NCBI GenBank assembly: GCA_050946395.1
Contig: JBMNUR010000001.1
Span: 1-55,084, forward strand
DNA length: 55,084 bases
Reading direction: 5' to 3'
Source of the DNA: Peptococcales bacterium
Lineage (GTDB): Bacteria; Bacillota; Peptococcia; Peptococcales; BICA1-8
A model generated the notes under the pieces. That model did no database searches and had not been told where the DNA came from. It was given only the letters and a program-made list of their open reading frames with translations. Below are positions 36,790-45,095 of this stretch, piece by piece; the stretch's first letter is position 1, and each line of letters opens with the position of its first letter. A program made the position numbers and the translations under genes.

Positions 36790-37929
36790 TCAATTATCCA
36801 GAAGGAATTCTTCAAAGACTAAATTACCTAAATAAACTCCTTGAGATGTTAATCTTAGGTAATTATTCTCCAATTCAATTAATCCTAATTTTAAACACTT
36901 TTGAATAGCCCCTTGAAAAACTTGGCGGGCATCTAAACCAAAACGATTATAAAAATGCTCTAAATTAACCCCTTCTAGAAGTCTTAAGCCCATAAACATA
37001 GTTTCTGACATTGCAGCAGTTAAAGTTTGCCTTTCCGTAAAACTAGGCGGATAGTTACCTTCCTCCAAATCTTTGAGATAGAGGGAAAGATCACTTAAAT
37101 TTTCAACTCGTTCCGGGGGAAGGTAAGAGTGGGCACCCACCCCTAATCCCAAATAAGGTTCACACCGCCAATAAATCTGGTTATGACGGCTTTGATAGCC
37201 TGGTTTTGCATAATTTGATATCTCATAATGAATAAAACCCGCCTGAGTCAAATATTTTTCAGTAAGCCGATACATTTCCAGAGCTAGTTCGTCATCAAAT
37301 TCCTGGATTAATCCCTTGTCTAATTCCCTACCCATGGGCGTGTCTTCTTCTATTTTAAGCTGATATAGAGAAATATGTTCCAAATTAAATTTCAAAACTT
37401 CTAATAAGGTTTTTTCCCAATCTTGTAAGCTTTGTCCAGGTAAACCATACATTAAATCAAAATTAAGATTAGTAAATCCAGCCTCCCGGGCCAAATTAAA
37501 ACTTTTGTATATATCCTGAGGTGAATGGATTCGCCCTAAGTTTTTTAATAAATCCGGATTAAAAGACTGAACACCAAAGGAAAGCCTATTTGCTCCTGCT
37601 TTTCTTAAAAGTTTAAGTTTTTCCAAATCCACAGTTCCTGGATTGGCTTCGATAGTAATTTCTATTTCTGGATTAAGTGAAAAATTTTCAGATAGGAATT
37701 CTAATAAATGCACAAGAAGCCCACCTGACAAACAAGTGGGCGTTCCTCCGCCAAAAAAAATGCTTTTTAAATTTATTGCTAAATCATCCTTGCTTAAAAT
37801 AGCCTCTTGTTTTAAAGCCTCTACATACCTTTTTTGCAATTCCTCAGATGAACCGGAGAAACTATAAAAGTCACAGTAATTACATTTAGCTTGACAAAAA
37901 GGTATATGAATGTAAAGGGCTTCAATCAT
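36790..37929 (-). CDS. hemW: radical SAM heme chaperone HemW (HemN-like)
   Basis: ORF 36790-37980. I place the start at ATG 37927-37929 (MIEALYIHIPFCQAKCNYCDF...) after GGGGAG. Confidence 0.88.
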   Translation of the reverse strand: MIEALYIHIPFCQAKCNYCDFYSFSGSSEELQKRYVEALKQEAILSKDDLAINLKSIFFGGGTPTCLSGGLLVHLLEFLSENFSLNPEIEITIEANPGTVDLEKLKLLRKAGANRLSFGVQSFNPDLLKNLGRIHSPQDIYKSFNLAREAGFTNLNFDLMYGLPGQSLQDWEKTLLEVLKFNLEHISLYQLKIEEDTPMGRELDKGLIQEFDDELALEMYRLTEKYLTQAGFIHYEISNYAKPGYQSRHNQIYWRCEPYLGLGVGAHSYLPPERVENLSDLSLYLKDLEEGNYPPSFTERQTLTAAMSETMFMGLRLLEGVNLEHFYNRFGLDARQVFQGAIQKCLKLGLIELENNYLRLTSQGVYLGNLVFEEFLLDN

Positions 37930-37955
37930 GGTGCTTCTCCCCAAGTTATTATTTA

Positions 37956-37994
37956 AACCACGGGCCCCTACGGGGCACACAGATGAACACAGAT
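37956..37994. repeat. AACCACGG decamer-type module
   Basis: AACCACGGGCCCCTACGGGGCACACAGATGAACACAGATA. Confidence 0.7.
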
Positions 37995-38099
37995 AAAAAT
38001 ATAGTAGAACGTCTAACTAAAACACTGTAACACTGACATGCAGGTAAACCCATCAGGCAACACACAGACGTCTCCTGTATAACCCACAAGCTTTGACAC

Positions 38100-38136
38100 G
38101 TCTTGAGGAATAATTCTTCGAATTATTCCTCAAGAC
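38100..38136. other. perfect 17-bp-stem palindrome spanning the lepA stop codon
   Basis: GTCTTGAGGAATAATTC-ttc-GAATTATTCCTCAAGAC. One arm encodes the last lepA codons (...SLEE*). Confidence 0.85.
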
Positions 38137-39922
38137 TAAGAATGGCCATAAATGCTTCTTGGGGTATTTCCACACTACCCACCTGTTTCATCCGTTTTTT
38201 ACCTTCTTTTTGTTTTTCCAGTAGTTTTCGTTTCCGACTAATGTCCCCACCATAACACTTGTCCAAAACACTTTTTCTAAGGGCTTTAACACTTTCCCGC
38301 GCAATAATTTTGGAACCAATAGCTGCCTGAATAGGTACCTCAAACATTTGTCGAGGAATAATTCCCCTAAGCTTGGTTACCAAAGCCCGCCCCCGGGTAT
38401 ATGCTTTGTCACGATGAACAATACATGATAAAGCATCAACAGGTTCATTGTTGACAAGCACATCTAATTTAACTAAATTAGACTCTTTATAACCCTTCAT
38501 TTCATAATCTAAGGAGGCATAACCTTTAGTTCTGGTTTTTAGCTGGTCAAAGAAATCATAAACAATCTCACTTAATGGCAAATCATATTTTATCATGACC
38601 CTAGTTTCAGAAAGATACTCCATATTTACAAAAGTACCTCTTCTTTCCTGGGATAACTCCATAACCGCACCCACAAAATCTGTAGGTACCATCATGGAAG
38701 CCTGTACATAAGGCTCCTCCAAAGTTTCGATTGTCTGAGCAGGCGGAAGATTGGCAGGGTTATCAATCATTATGGTTTCCCCATTTGTTTTAGTTATCCG
38801 ATAAATAACACTTGGTGCTGTTGTAATCAAATCCAAACCATATTCCCGCTCAAGTCTTTCTTGGATGATTTCCATATGCAAAAGTCCTAAAAATCCGCAA
38901 CGGAAACCAAAACCCAAAGCTGTAGATGTTTCCGGTTCATAAAGAAGTGATGCGTCATTTAATTTTAATTTATCCAAAGCATCCCGAAGGTCTGTATATT
39001 CATTCGTTTCAACAGGATATAAACCACAGAAAACCATAGGTGTGGCTTTACGATATCCGGGTAATGGTTTTGAGGCAGGATTTTCCACACAAGTTATCGT
39101 ATCCCCTACCTGAGTATCTTTTACATTCTTGATACTGGCAGCTAAAAATCCAACTTCACCAGGTTTTAACTCATCAACTAAAGTCATATTGGGAGCAAAA
39201 ACACCGACTTCGTTTATATCAAAGACTTTACCTGTTGCCATCATTTTAACTTTCATATCTTTTTTTAAACAACCCTGAACAACCCTTAAATAAGGTATTG
39301 CACCCCGATAAGGGTCATAATGGGAGTCAAAAATCAAGGCCTGCAAAGGTTGTTCCGCGTCACCTTCCGGGGGAGGAACCTGAGTAACCACTGCCTCTAA
39401 TATTTCTTGAATACCGATACCTTCTTTGGCTGAACAAAGGATTGCATCACTTGCATCTAAACCTATAACATCCTCAATTTCCTTTTTAACTCGCTCGGGA
39501 TCGGCACTTGGTAAATCTATTTTATTAATAACCGGGATTATCTCTAAATCATGTTCTAAAGCTAAATAAACATTAGCCAAAGTTTGCGCCTCAATACCTT
39601 GTGCTGCATCAACAACCAAAATAGCTCCTTCACATGCTGCCAGACTACGGGATACCTCATAAGTGAAGTCAACATGACCTGGTGTGTCGATTAGATTGAG
39701 GATATATTCCTTGCCATCATTGGCTTGATAAGGGAGTCTAACTGCTTGGAGCTTAATAGTAATACCCCTTTCCCGCTCCAAATCCATGGTATCTAAAAAC
39801 TGATCAACCATTTCCCTTTTAGTCAAAGTACCTGTATATTCTAATAACCTATCTGCCAAAGTGGACTTACCATGGTCAATATGAGCAATTATGCAAAAGT
39901 TCCTGATCCTTTCTTGCTTCAC
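38123..39922 (-). CDS. lepA: elongation factor 4 (LepA)
   Basis: 599 aa with [14 protein letters not shown] and NKID motifs and the LepA C-terminal domain. GTG start follows GGGGGA. Confidence 0.96.
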   Translation of the reverse strand: MKQERIRNFCIIAHIDHGKSTLADRLLEYTGTLTKREMVDQFLDTMDLERERGITIKLQAVRLPYQANDGKEYILNLIDTPGHVDFTYEVSRSLAACEGAILVVDAAQGIEAQTLANVYLALEHDLEIIPVINKIDLPSADPERVKKEIEDVIGLDASDAILCSAKEGIGIQEILEAVVTQVPPPEGDAEQPLQALIFDSHYDPYRGAIPYLRVVQGCLKKDMKVKMMATGKVFDINEVGVFAPNMTLVDELKPGEVGFLAASIKNVKDTQVGDTITCVENPASKPLPGYRKATPMVFCGLYPVETNEYTDLRDALDKLKLNDASLLYEPETSTALGFGFRCGFLGLLHMEIIQERLEREYGLDLITTAPSVIYRITKTNGETIMIDNPANLPPAQTIETLEEPYVQASMMVPTDFVGAVMELSQERRGTFVNMEYLSETRVMIKYDLPLSEIVYDFFDQLKTRTKGYASLDYEMKGYKESNLVKLDVLVNNEPVDALSCIVHRDKAYTRGRALVTKLRGIIPRQMFEVPIQAAIGSKIIARESVKALRKSVLDKCYGGDISRKRKLLEKQKEGKKRMKQVGSVEIPQEAFMAILSLEE

Positions 39923-40020
39923 TAATGATCCCCCTTCTTTATTAAACCATCGTTAGACGATTGTTAAGCGATTAATTAAACCATCGTTTTTTTTACATTA
40001 CCGTTTATTATATCAAATTC

Positions 40021-40052
40021 GTTGAAAAGTTGGAAGGTTGGAAAGTTGAAAA
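40021..40052. repeat. tandem octamers in lepA upstream region
   Basis: GTTGAAAA GTTGGAAG GTTGGAAA GTTGAAAA. Confidence 0.8.
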
Positions 40053-40166
40053 CACCCCTATTCCCGTGTCATCGCGACATCGTGCCCTTGTGTCATAATC
40101 AACTATAGAACTGATGCAATAATTAACCCTAAAGTATTGTCACTAATAAACGCGCAATACGTAGCC

Positions 40167-41741
40167 CTACGCACTTTTCCTCCGTCTTATCCTTCTAGTC
40201 AGTATTCCTGTAGCCATTTTGGCTTCTTCCATCTTCATAAAACTTACAATCAAAATATATACCAAAGCACCTATTCCTACACCTAAGAAAACTTGCGATA
40301 TTTGCAGCACTTTACTTTCCACACCAAAATTCATTTCAAACAAAGATGCACTAAAGTAAACAATTACACCCATAATAACTGAGGCAGTTAGGGTTTTACC
40401 GAAAGAGATAAGCATTTCTCTGCCACTAATATGCCCAATTTTATTTCGTAGAAAAAGAAGTAATAAGACCATATTGACAAGACCCGCCATGGAATAGGCT
40501 AGAGCCAATCCCCCATGACCTAAGGGTTTAATCAGCAAAAAGTTTAACACAATGTTAATTAATATTGTTATGATTCCTACGGTTACCGGTGTTTTAGTAT
40601 CCTCTAAAGCATAAAAAGCCCTGTTTAAAACTTGTTGAGCTGAATAACCGATAAGCCCTAGGGAGTAAAAGAACAAAGCATAGGCAGTTGATTCTGTATT
40701 AAAAGGGGTAAATTCCCCTTGTTGAAACATAACTCTAACTATGGGAACTCGCAAAGCAATTAATCCTACAGCCGCCGGTAATGTAATAAAGATAACTGTC
40801 CTTACTCCCAAGGACATAGTTACCTTAAATTCCTTTTCCTCCTTCCGGGCAGCATGAGCAGTCAGAGTTGGGAAAACCGCTAATGCTACTGCAATAGCAA
40901 AAACCCCAATCGGTAGTTGCATTATCCTTTGGGCCGCCCTAAGAGCAGAAATCATCCCCTGAGGTAAAGAAGAAGCTAAAAACTGGTTAACAAAAAGGTT
41001 TAAATGAGTAACAGATAAACCAATAAAAACCGGCACCATTAATATTAAAATTTTCTGTACACCCGGATGTTTAATATTAAATACGGGTTTATATTTTAAA
41101 CCTATTTTAATTAAGGCAGGTACCTGAACTAAAAAGTTTAGAGCGGCCCCCAAAACCACACCGATTGAAAAACCCAAAATTCCTATTTTATCAACTAGCA
41201 AAATCCCTACCACAATAATACCTAGATTATATAGTACCGAACCTAAAGCCGGAGCAAAAAAATGTTTATAGGAGTGGAGTATCCCTTGAGAGATGCCATT
41301 TAAAGCCATAAAAAAACTTTGAGCAAACATAACTCTTGTCAAAAGTACCGTCAAATTAAAAGCTTCAACCGTAAAGCCGGGTACGAGAATTTTTACTAAC
41401 TGAGGAGTAAAAATAAGCCCTAAGGTTATGCCTATTATCATTAACACCATAACTAAATTGAAGATAGTACTGGCTACTTGCCAGCCGTCTTCTTCTTTAT
41501 TAGTAGCCAGGTAACTGGAGAAAACCGGAATGAATGCCGAACTGAGGGCACCACCGACTAACAAGTAGTATAAAAAGTCAGGGATTGAGAAAGCTGCATT
41601 ATAAGCATCTGTCCGAAAATCCTGACCAAATTTATAATAGATAACAATATCACGAATATACCCAAAAAGGCGGGAAAGAGCCATGGCAATCATAATGGTT
41701 CCTGCCGCCCTGGCCACCCCGCCAGCTTTTACTTTAGCCAT
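40167..41741 (-). CDS. murJ: lipid II flippase MurJ (MviN)
   Basis: ORF 40167-41750. I place the start at ATG 41739-41741 after AAGGGTG. ...RLFGYIRDIVIYYKFG...DAYNAAFSIPDFLY... is the typical MurJ N-terminus, with 14 predicted TM segments by eye. Confidence 0.88.
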   Translation of the reverse strand: MAKVKAGGVARAAGTIMIAMALSRLFGYIRDIVIYYKFGQDFRTDAYNAAFSIPDFLYYLLVGGALSSAFIPVFSSYLATNKEEDGWQVASTIFNLVMVLMIIGITLGLIFTPQLVKILVPGFTVEAFNLTVLLTRVMFAQSFFMALNGISQGILHSYKHFFAPALGSVLYNLGIIVVGILLVDKIGILGFSIGVVLGAALNFLVQVPALIKIGLKYKPVFNIKHPGVQKILILMVPVFIGLSVTHLNLFVNQFLASSLPQGMISALRAAQRIMQLPIGVFAIAVALAVFPTLTAHAARKEEKEFKVTMSLGVRTVIFITLPAAVGLIALRVPIVRVMFQQGEFTPFNTESTAYALFFYSLGLIGYSAQQVLNRAFYALEDTKTPVTVGIITILINIVLNFLLIKPLGHGGLALAYSMAGLVNMVLLLLFLRNKIGHISGREMLISFGKTLTASVIMGVIVYFSASLFEMNFGVESKVLQISQVFLGVGIGALVYILIVSFMKMEEAKMATGILTRRIRRRKSA

Positions 41742-41754
41742 ATTTTTCACCCTT

Positions 41755-41850
41755 TTTCGTCAATTCGTCAGTCGTGTATTCGTTTATTTGTCAATTCGTC
41801 GATTCGCCAAAGGTCTATTCTTTTATTCGTTTATTTACGAACCAACGAAA
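41755..41850. repeat. in-phase degenerate octamer array in murJ leader
   Basis: TTTCGTCA ATTCGTCA GTCGTGTA TTCGTTTA TTTGTCAA TTCGTCGA TTCGCCAA, followed by 5 more degenerate units. Confidence 0.7.
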
Positions 41851-41860
41851 TTATCTTTGT

Positions 41861-42244
41861 TCATCTGTGGCTACAAATTATTTGCAATTGTTTAAGAAGT
41901 AAACTGATGTCATCAACTAACTTATCTGTACCTGTATCCCATTGATAACGCAAATACTCAACTCTCGGTGCTATGTTAAATTTTACAGTAACCCGGAAGT
42001 TTTGTATAGAAGATTTGATAGATGTATAATTATTTTGAATAGAATCAATTGAATATTGATAAGTTTCCCCAAAAACTCCTAACCGAATAATATTGTCCTC
42101 GGTAGTTGCAAACATAAAAGGAGGTGAAACTTCACAGTTAGTAATTTCAGCTAATTGTTTAGCAGAAATATTTGTCCCAACAATTACCAAGGATAGGAAG
42201 AAAAGTAGGGAAATACTTATTGTAAAACAGAACTTACCGTTCAC
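41861..42244 (-). CDS. hypothetical secreted/membrane-anchored protein (yqxA position)
   Basis: 127 aa. GTG start follows GAGGAGGTG. It has an N-terminal signal/anchor (FCFTISISLLFFLSLVIVG). I recognise no family. Confidence 0.6.
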   Translation of the reverse strand: MNGKFCFTISISLLFFLSLVIVGTNISAKQLAEITNCEVSPPFMFATTEDNIIRLGVFGETYQYSIDSIQNNYTSIKSSIQNFRVTVKFNIAPRVEYLRYQWDTGTDKLVDDISLLLKQLQIICSHR

Positions 42245-42464
42245 GGGAACACCTCCTCAAATATTTGTAAGACAAATATTGCAGGTTCCCTTCGCTAGAT
42301 AGGAAAAGACAACTGGTGGGCGCGTGAGCTCGTGAGCGCGAAAATGTTTAATTACTTAAAGCTAATGTGTCACTAGATGTCATCCTGAGCAATAGCGAAG
42401 GTCTTAGCTATTTCTTATTTTTGCCACTTTGAAATATTGTTATTCGAAAGTTGGAACGCACAAT

Positions 42465-42500
42465 GATAAAAGAGAGGGTAGACACAAGGCCTACCCCTAC
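42465..42500 (-). terminator. REP-like GTAG hairpin, terminator after spoIIP
   Basis: Minus strand reads GTAGGGGTAGGCCTTGTGTCTACCC followed by TCTCTTTTATC. Confidence 0.55.
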
Positions 42501-42564
42501 AATTATTAGAATTCTAGTGCCGGTCACTAAATCACTTACACACTTAAACACTCACACACTAAAA

Positions 42565-43710
42565 TCACTGTTGTTTAATAACCTCAGCAACTACTCTAGA
42601 AAACAGCCTTGCGCTATATTGGGCTTCCTCTAAGGTATTTAAATCACTACCAAATTCTAAAATTACGGAAGCAGGATGAAGATGCTGATTATATCTGCGG
42701 TTATTGGCTATTCGAACATCTCTTATTAAGCCTGGATAAAGTTCACTAGCTTTAGAGTCCAATTTTTGCGCAAAGGCTAAGTTTTCTCGCCAACGATTAT
42801 GTTCGGTGCCCAAAACTATTATCATAGATGCAGCATCTTTCCCATTTATCTTTACCGTTGTTGTCGACTTATCTTTAAAGCCCGCATCCCTATGAACATC
42901 AAATACCGCTCGGATAGTTTTATTGACTTTTAATAAAGATTGAACTGTTTGCATTGAATTGATATAGGACCTAGCCCAATCAGGATAATCATGAATATTA
43001 TTAGAGCGAATAGTCCTTAACCCATACTCCTGCTGCAATGTTTCCTCCATTACTTGAGCTACTTTGGCAACACCCGCATTTTTGCCTTCTAATTTACTTT
43101 TGCCGTCTGTTGGCTGATATGTTTCAGCATTATGAGTAGTATATAATAAGACTACAGGGTCCTTGGTCAATTCAACGGGTTGTCCGGGATCGATTTCAAA
43201 ATGCCAATCATCCATACCTGGTGGTGTATCTAGATAAAAATCTTCTTCCCCTATTTCGTCTGGTGATAAAAATTCATCTCCCGCTTGAGCGGCCAATACT
43301 GGCTCTTGACCGACTAAAACGGCAAGTTGAGATTTAAGTATCGTTGTAGGATCATTACTATTTAACCCAGTTAAATAGTTTAATCCTAATAATAATAATC
43401 TTTGCAAATCTACTCTAGAACTACTTGTTTCCGAATTATAAACTAACGGGCAACCGTCTCCTAAAATTTCTAGCATTTTTAACTCAGTTATATCCAAAAG
43501 TTGGAAAATTTTTGCTAATTCCAACATCAGTGGACTCGGTTCATAAATCGTACCTGTATTAACAACCTTTACTGATTTATCCATATTGACAATATTAATT
43601 AGTAAAAATGATATTAATATAAAAAGCAAGCTAACACCTAAAATTAAGTACAGCTTGGACTTTTTTTTACCGAATCTAGCTAAAGACAGTTTACTTTTTC
43701 CTAGAAACAA
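42565..43710 (-). CDS. spoIIP: stage II sporulation protein P
   Basis: 381 aa. ...LLYTTHNAETY...VFDVHRDAG...ILEFGSDLNTLEEA... is typical of the SpoIIP amidase family, with an N-terminal TM segment. Confidence 0.9.
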   Translation of the reverse strand: MFLGKSKLSLARFGKKKSKLYLILGVSLLFILISFLLINIVNMDKSVKVVNTGTIYEPSPLMLELAKIFQLLDITELKMLEILGDGCPLVYNSETSSSRVDLQRLLLLGLNYLTGLNSNDPTTILKSQLAVLVGQEPVLAAQAGDEFLSPDEIGEEDFYLDTPPGMDDWHFEIDPGQPVELTKDPVVLLYTTHNAETYQPTDGKSKLEGKNAGVAKVAQVMEETLQQEYGLRTIRSNNIHDYPDWARSYINSMQTVQSLLKVNKTIRAVFDVHRDAGFKDKSTTTVKINGKDAASMIIVLGTEHNRWRENLAFAQKLDSKASELYPGLIRDVRIANNRRYNQHLHPASVILEFGSDLNTLEEAQYSARLFSRVVAEVIKQQ

Positions 43711-43797
43711 AATAACCCCTCCCTGTCTTATACCAAATCATAATTGATATATATGTACCAGAGTTAGGGGTTATGTCTTTTGTTATTAATAATCAAA

Positions 43798-44127
43798 TTA
43801 TCGTAATTCTGTAGGAACAACAGCATCGATTAATCCAATGACAAGAGCAGATAGCAAGGCTCCAATTAAAGATACTGAAAGCTGAGCAGGAATAATAAAC
43901 TGTGCAAGATAAATAACAACTGCAGCTGATAAGAATCCTACGATTCCTCTACCCTGGGGAGAAATGTTTTTGCCTAATAAACTTTCTGCAACCCAACCTA
44001 AAAGGGCAATAATTACGGCCCCATATAATGCACCGATAAATCCATTAACACGGATTCCCGGTAGTATCCAGCTTACAACTAATAAAACTAATGCAGATAC
44101 GATAAATCTTATTATTGTACGTATCAT
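43798..44127 (-). CDS. small 3-4 TM membrane protein (phage-holin-4_2/YvlD-like or DUF2512-like; uncertain)
   Basis: ORF 43798-44148. I place the start at ATG 44125-44127 (MIRTIIRFIVSAL...) after GGAGGTG. Confidence 0.6.
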   Translation of the reverse strand: MIRTIIRFIVSALVLLVVSWILPGIRVNGFIGALYGAVIIALLGWVAESLLGKNISPQGRGIVGFLSAAVVIYLAQFIIPAQLSVSLIGALLSALVIGLIDAVVPTELR

Positions 44128-44285
44128 AGTTTTCACCTCCTTTTCCAAAGCCTGCTTTAAGATACCGCTGTCAATTAGTCTGTCCCAAACAAATGTTTAA
44201 TATAATAAAATAAACCCACTTTAGAAGTGGGAGATATGTGGTATTAAGTCATCATATAAAAATTCGAATGTTTAAGCATACTCGC

Positions 44286-44314
44286 TTGCATTTTAAAGAA
44301 GCCCGTGATAGAAT
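44286..44314 (+). promoter_or_regulatory. candidate sigma-A promoter of rpsT (extended -10)
   Basis: TTGCAT (44286-44291), 17 nt spacer, TAGAAT (44309-44314), with TG at 44306-44307. Confidence 0.55.
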
Positions 44315-44377
44315 ATAGTTTGTTGAAAAATACGGAATTCGATAGTTTTTTTGATGTTTTCGAGGGAGGTGACATCC

Positions 44378-44644
44378 TTGGCTAATATTAAATCCGCTAT
44401 AAAACGTGCTAATAAGGCAAAAGTAAGAGCCTTGAGAAACCGTGCGGTAAAATCTACTGTTAAAACTGCTATTAAGCGTTTTGAAGCTGCTGTAGAAGCT
44501 AAAAATCTTGATGATGCAAAAGTACAATTACAAAAAGCAGTTAAAACAATTGATAAAGCTGCTTCCAAAGGTATCTTGCATAAAAATAACGCTGCTCATA
44601 AAAAATCTCGCTTAGCTAAGCTTTATAATAAGTTAGCCGGTTAA
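44378..44644 (+). CDS. rpsT: 30S ribosomal protein S20
   Basis: ORF 44351-44644. I place the start at TTG 44378 ((M)ANIKSAIKRANKAKVR...), 5 nt after GAGGGAGGTGA. Confidence 0.93.
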   Translation: MANIKSAIKRANKAKVRALRNRAVKSTVKTAIKRFEAAVEAKNLDDAKVQLQKAVKTIDKAASKGILHKNNAAHKKSRLAKLYNKLAG

Positions 44645-44647
44645 TTA

Positions 44648-44671
44648 AAGTCGCCTCGGGCGACTTTTTTT
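44648..44671 (+). terminator. rpsT intrinsic terminator
   Basis: AAGTCGCC-tcg-GGCGACTT followed by a T-run. Confidence 0.85.
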
Positions 44672-44766
44672 GTTAATAAGCAGGAACGGTGCTACTTACA
44701 AAAAACACCGTTCCTGCTTGACTACTTCGTCTAATGTAATTATGCGTCATAAATGACGCATAATCA

Positions 44767-45060
44767 GCCTGTTGACAAAGTTATTCATAACAAAATCTAT
44801 ATAATTTTATCATTAGTGAAGCATTTGGCGAGTTTAGATAAAAAGAACGCAGACGGCTGAAGACCAGAATTAGCAACTGTTTGACCCGACACTTAATTGC
44901 AATAATTAACTCTGCATCTTGAATAAAGAATAGTATGTATCATGAGTTTCCAATTAAGTGTCGGGGAGTTTTGCTAATTCCTGAAGCCGTTGAGTTCATT
45001 CACAATAAAATTGTCTGAGCCAGCGTAACGTTGATAAATATGGAGTTTGTCTACATTCTG
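44767..45060 (-). repeat. 294-bp imperfect-palindrome element, copy B (inverted relative to copy A)
   Basis: The reverse complement matches 20749-20968. The 9-nt apex ACCTTCGGT of copy A is replaced by an 81-bp hairpin (44885-44965). It is flanked by TGCGTCATAAAT(G/A)ACGCATAAT on both sides. Confidence 0.8.
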
Positions 45061-45095
45061 CTGCGTCATAAATAACGCATAATTTACATCATAAT

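Noticed and set aside
36765-36800. Exact hrcA promoter hexamers
   Set aside because: Two alternative assignments are equally plausible: TTGACA-17-TTATTT, or TGGATA-17-TATAGT. I report only the CIRCE operator with confidence.
44252-44568. Two 91-aa minus-strand ORFs
   Set aside because: They are antisense shadows of rpsT and its promoter. rpsT on the plus strand has a strong SD and an unmistakable S20 sequence.
44772-44805. TTGACA ... TATAAT inside the two-copy element as its own promoter
   Set aside because: The spacer is 22 nt in both copies, too long for a sigma-A promoter. The TTGACA is better explained as part of the terminal inverted repeat.
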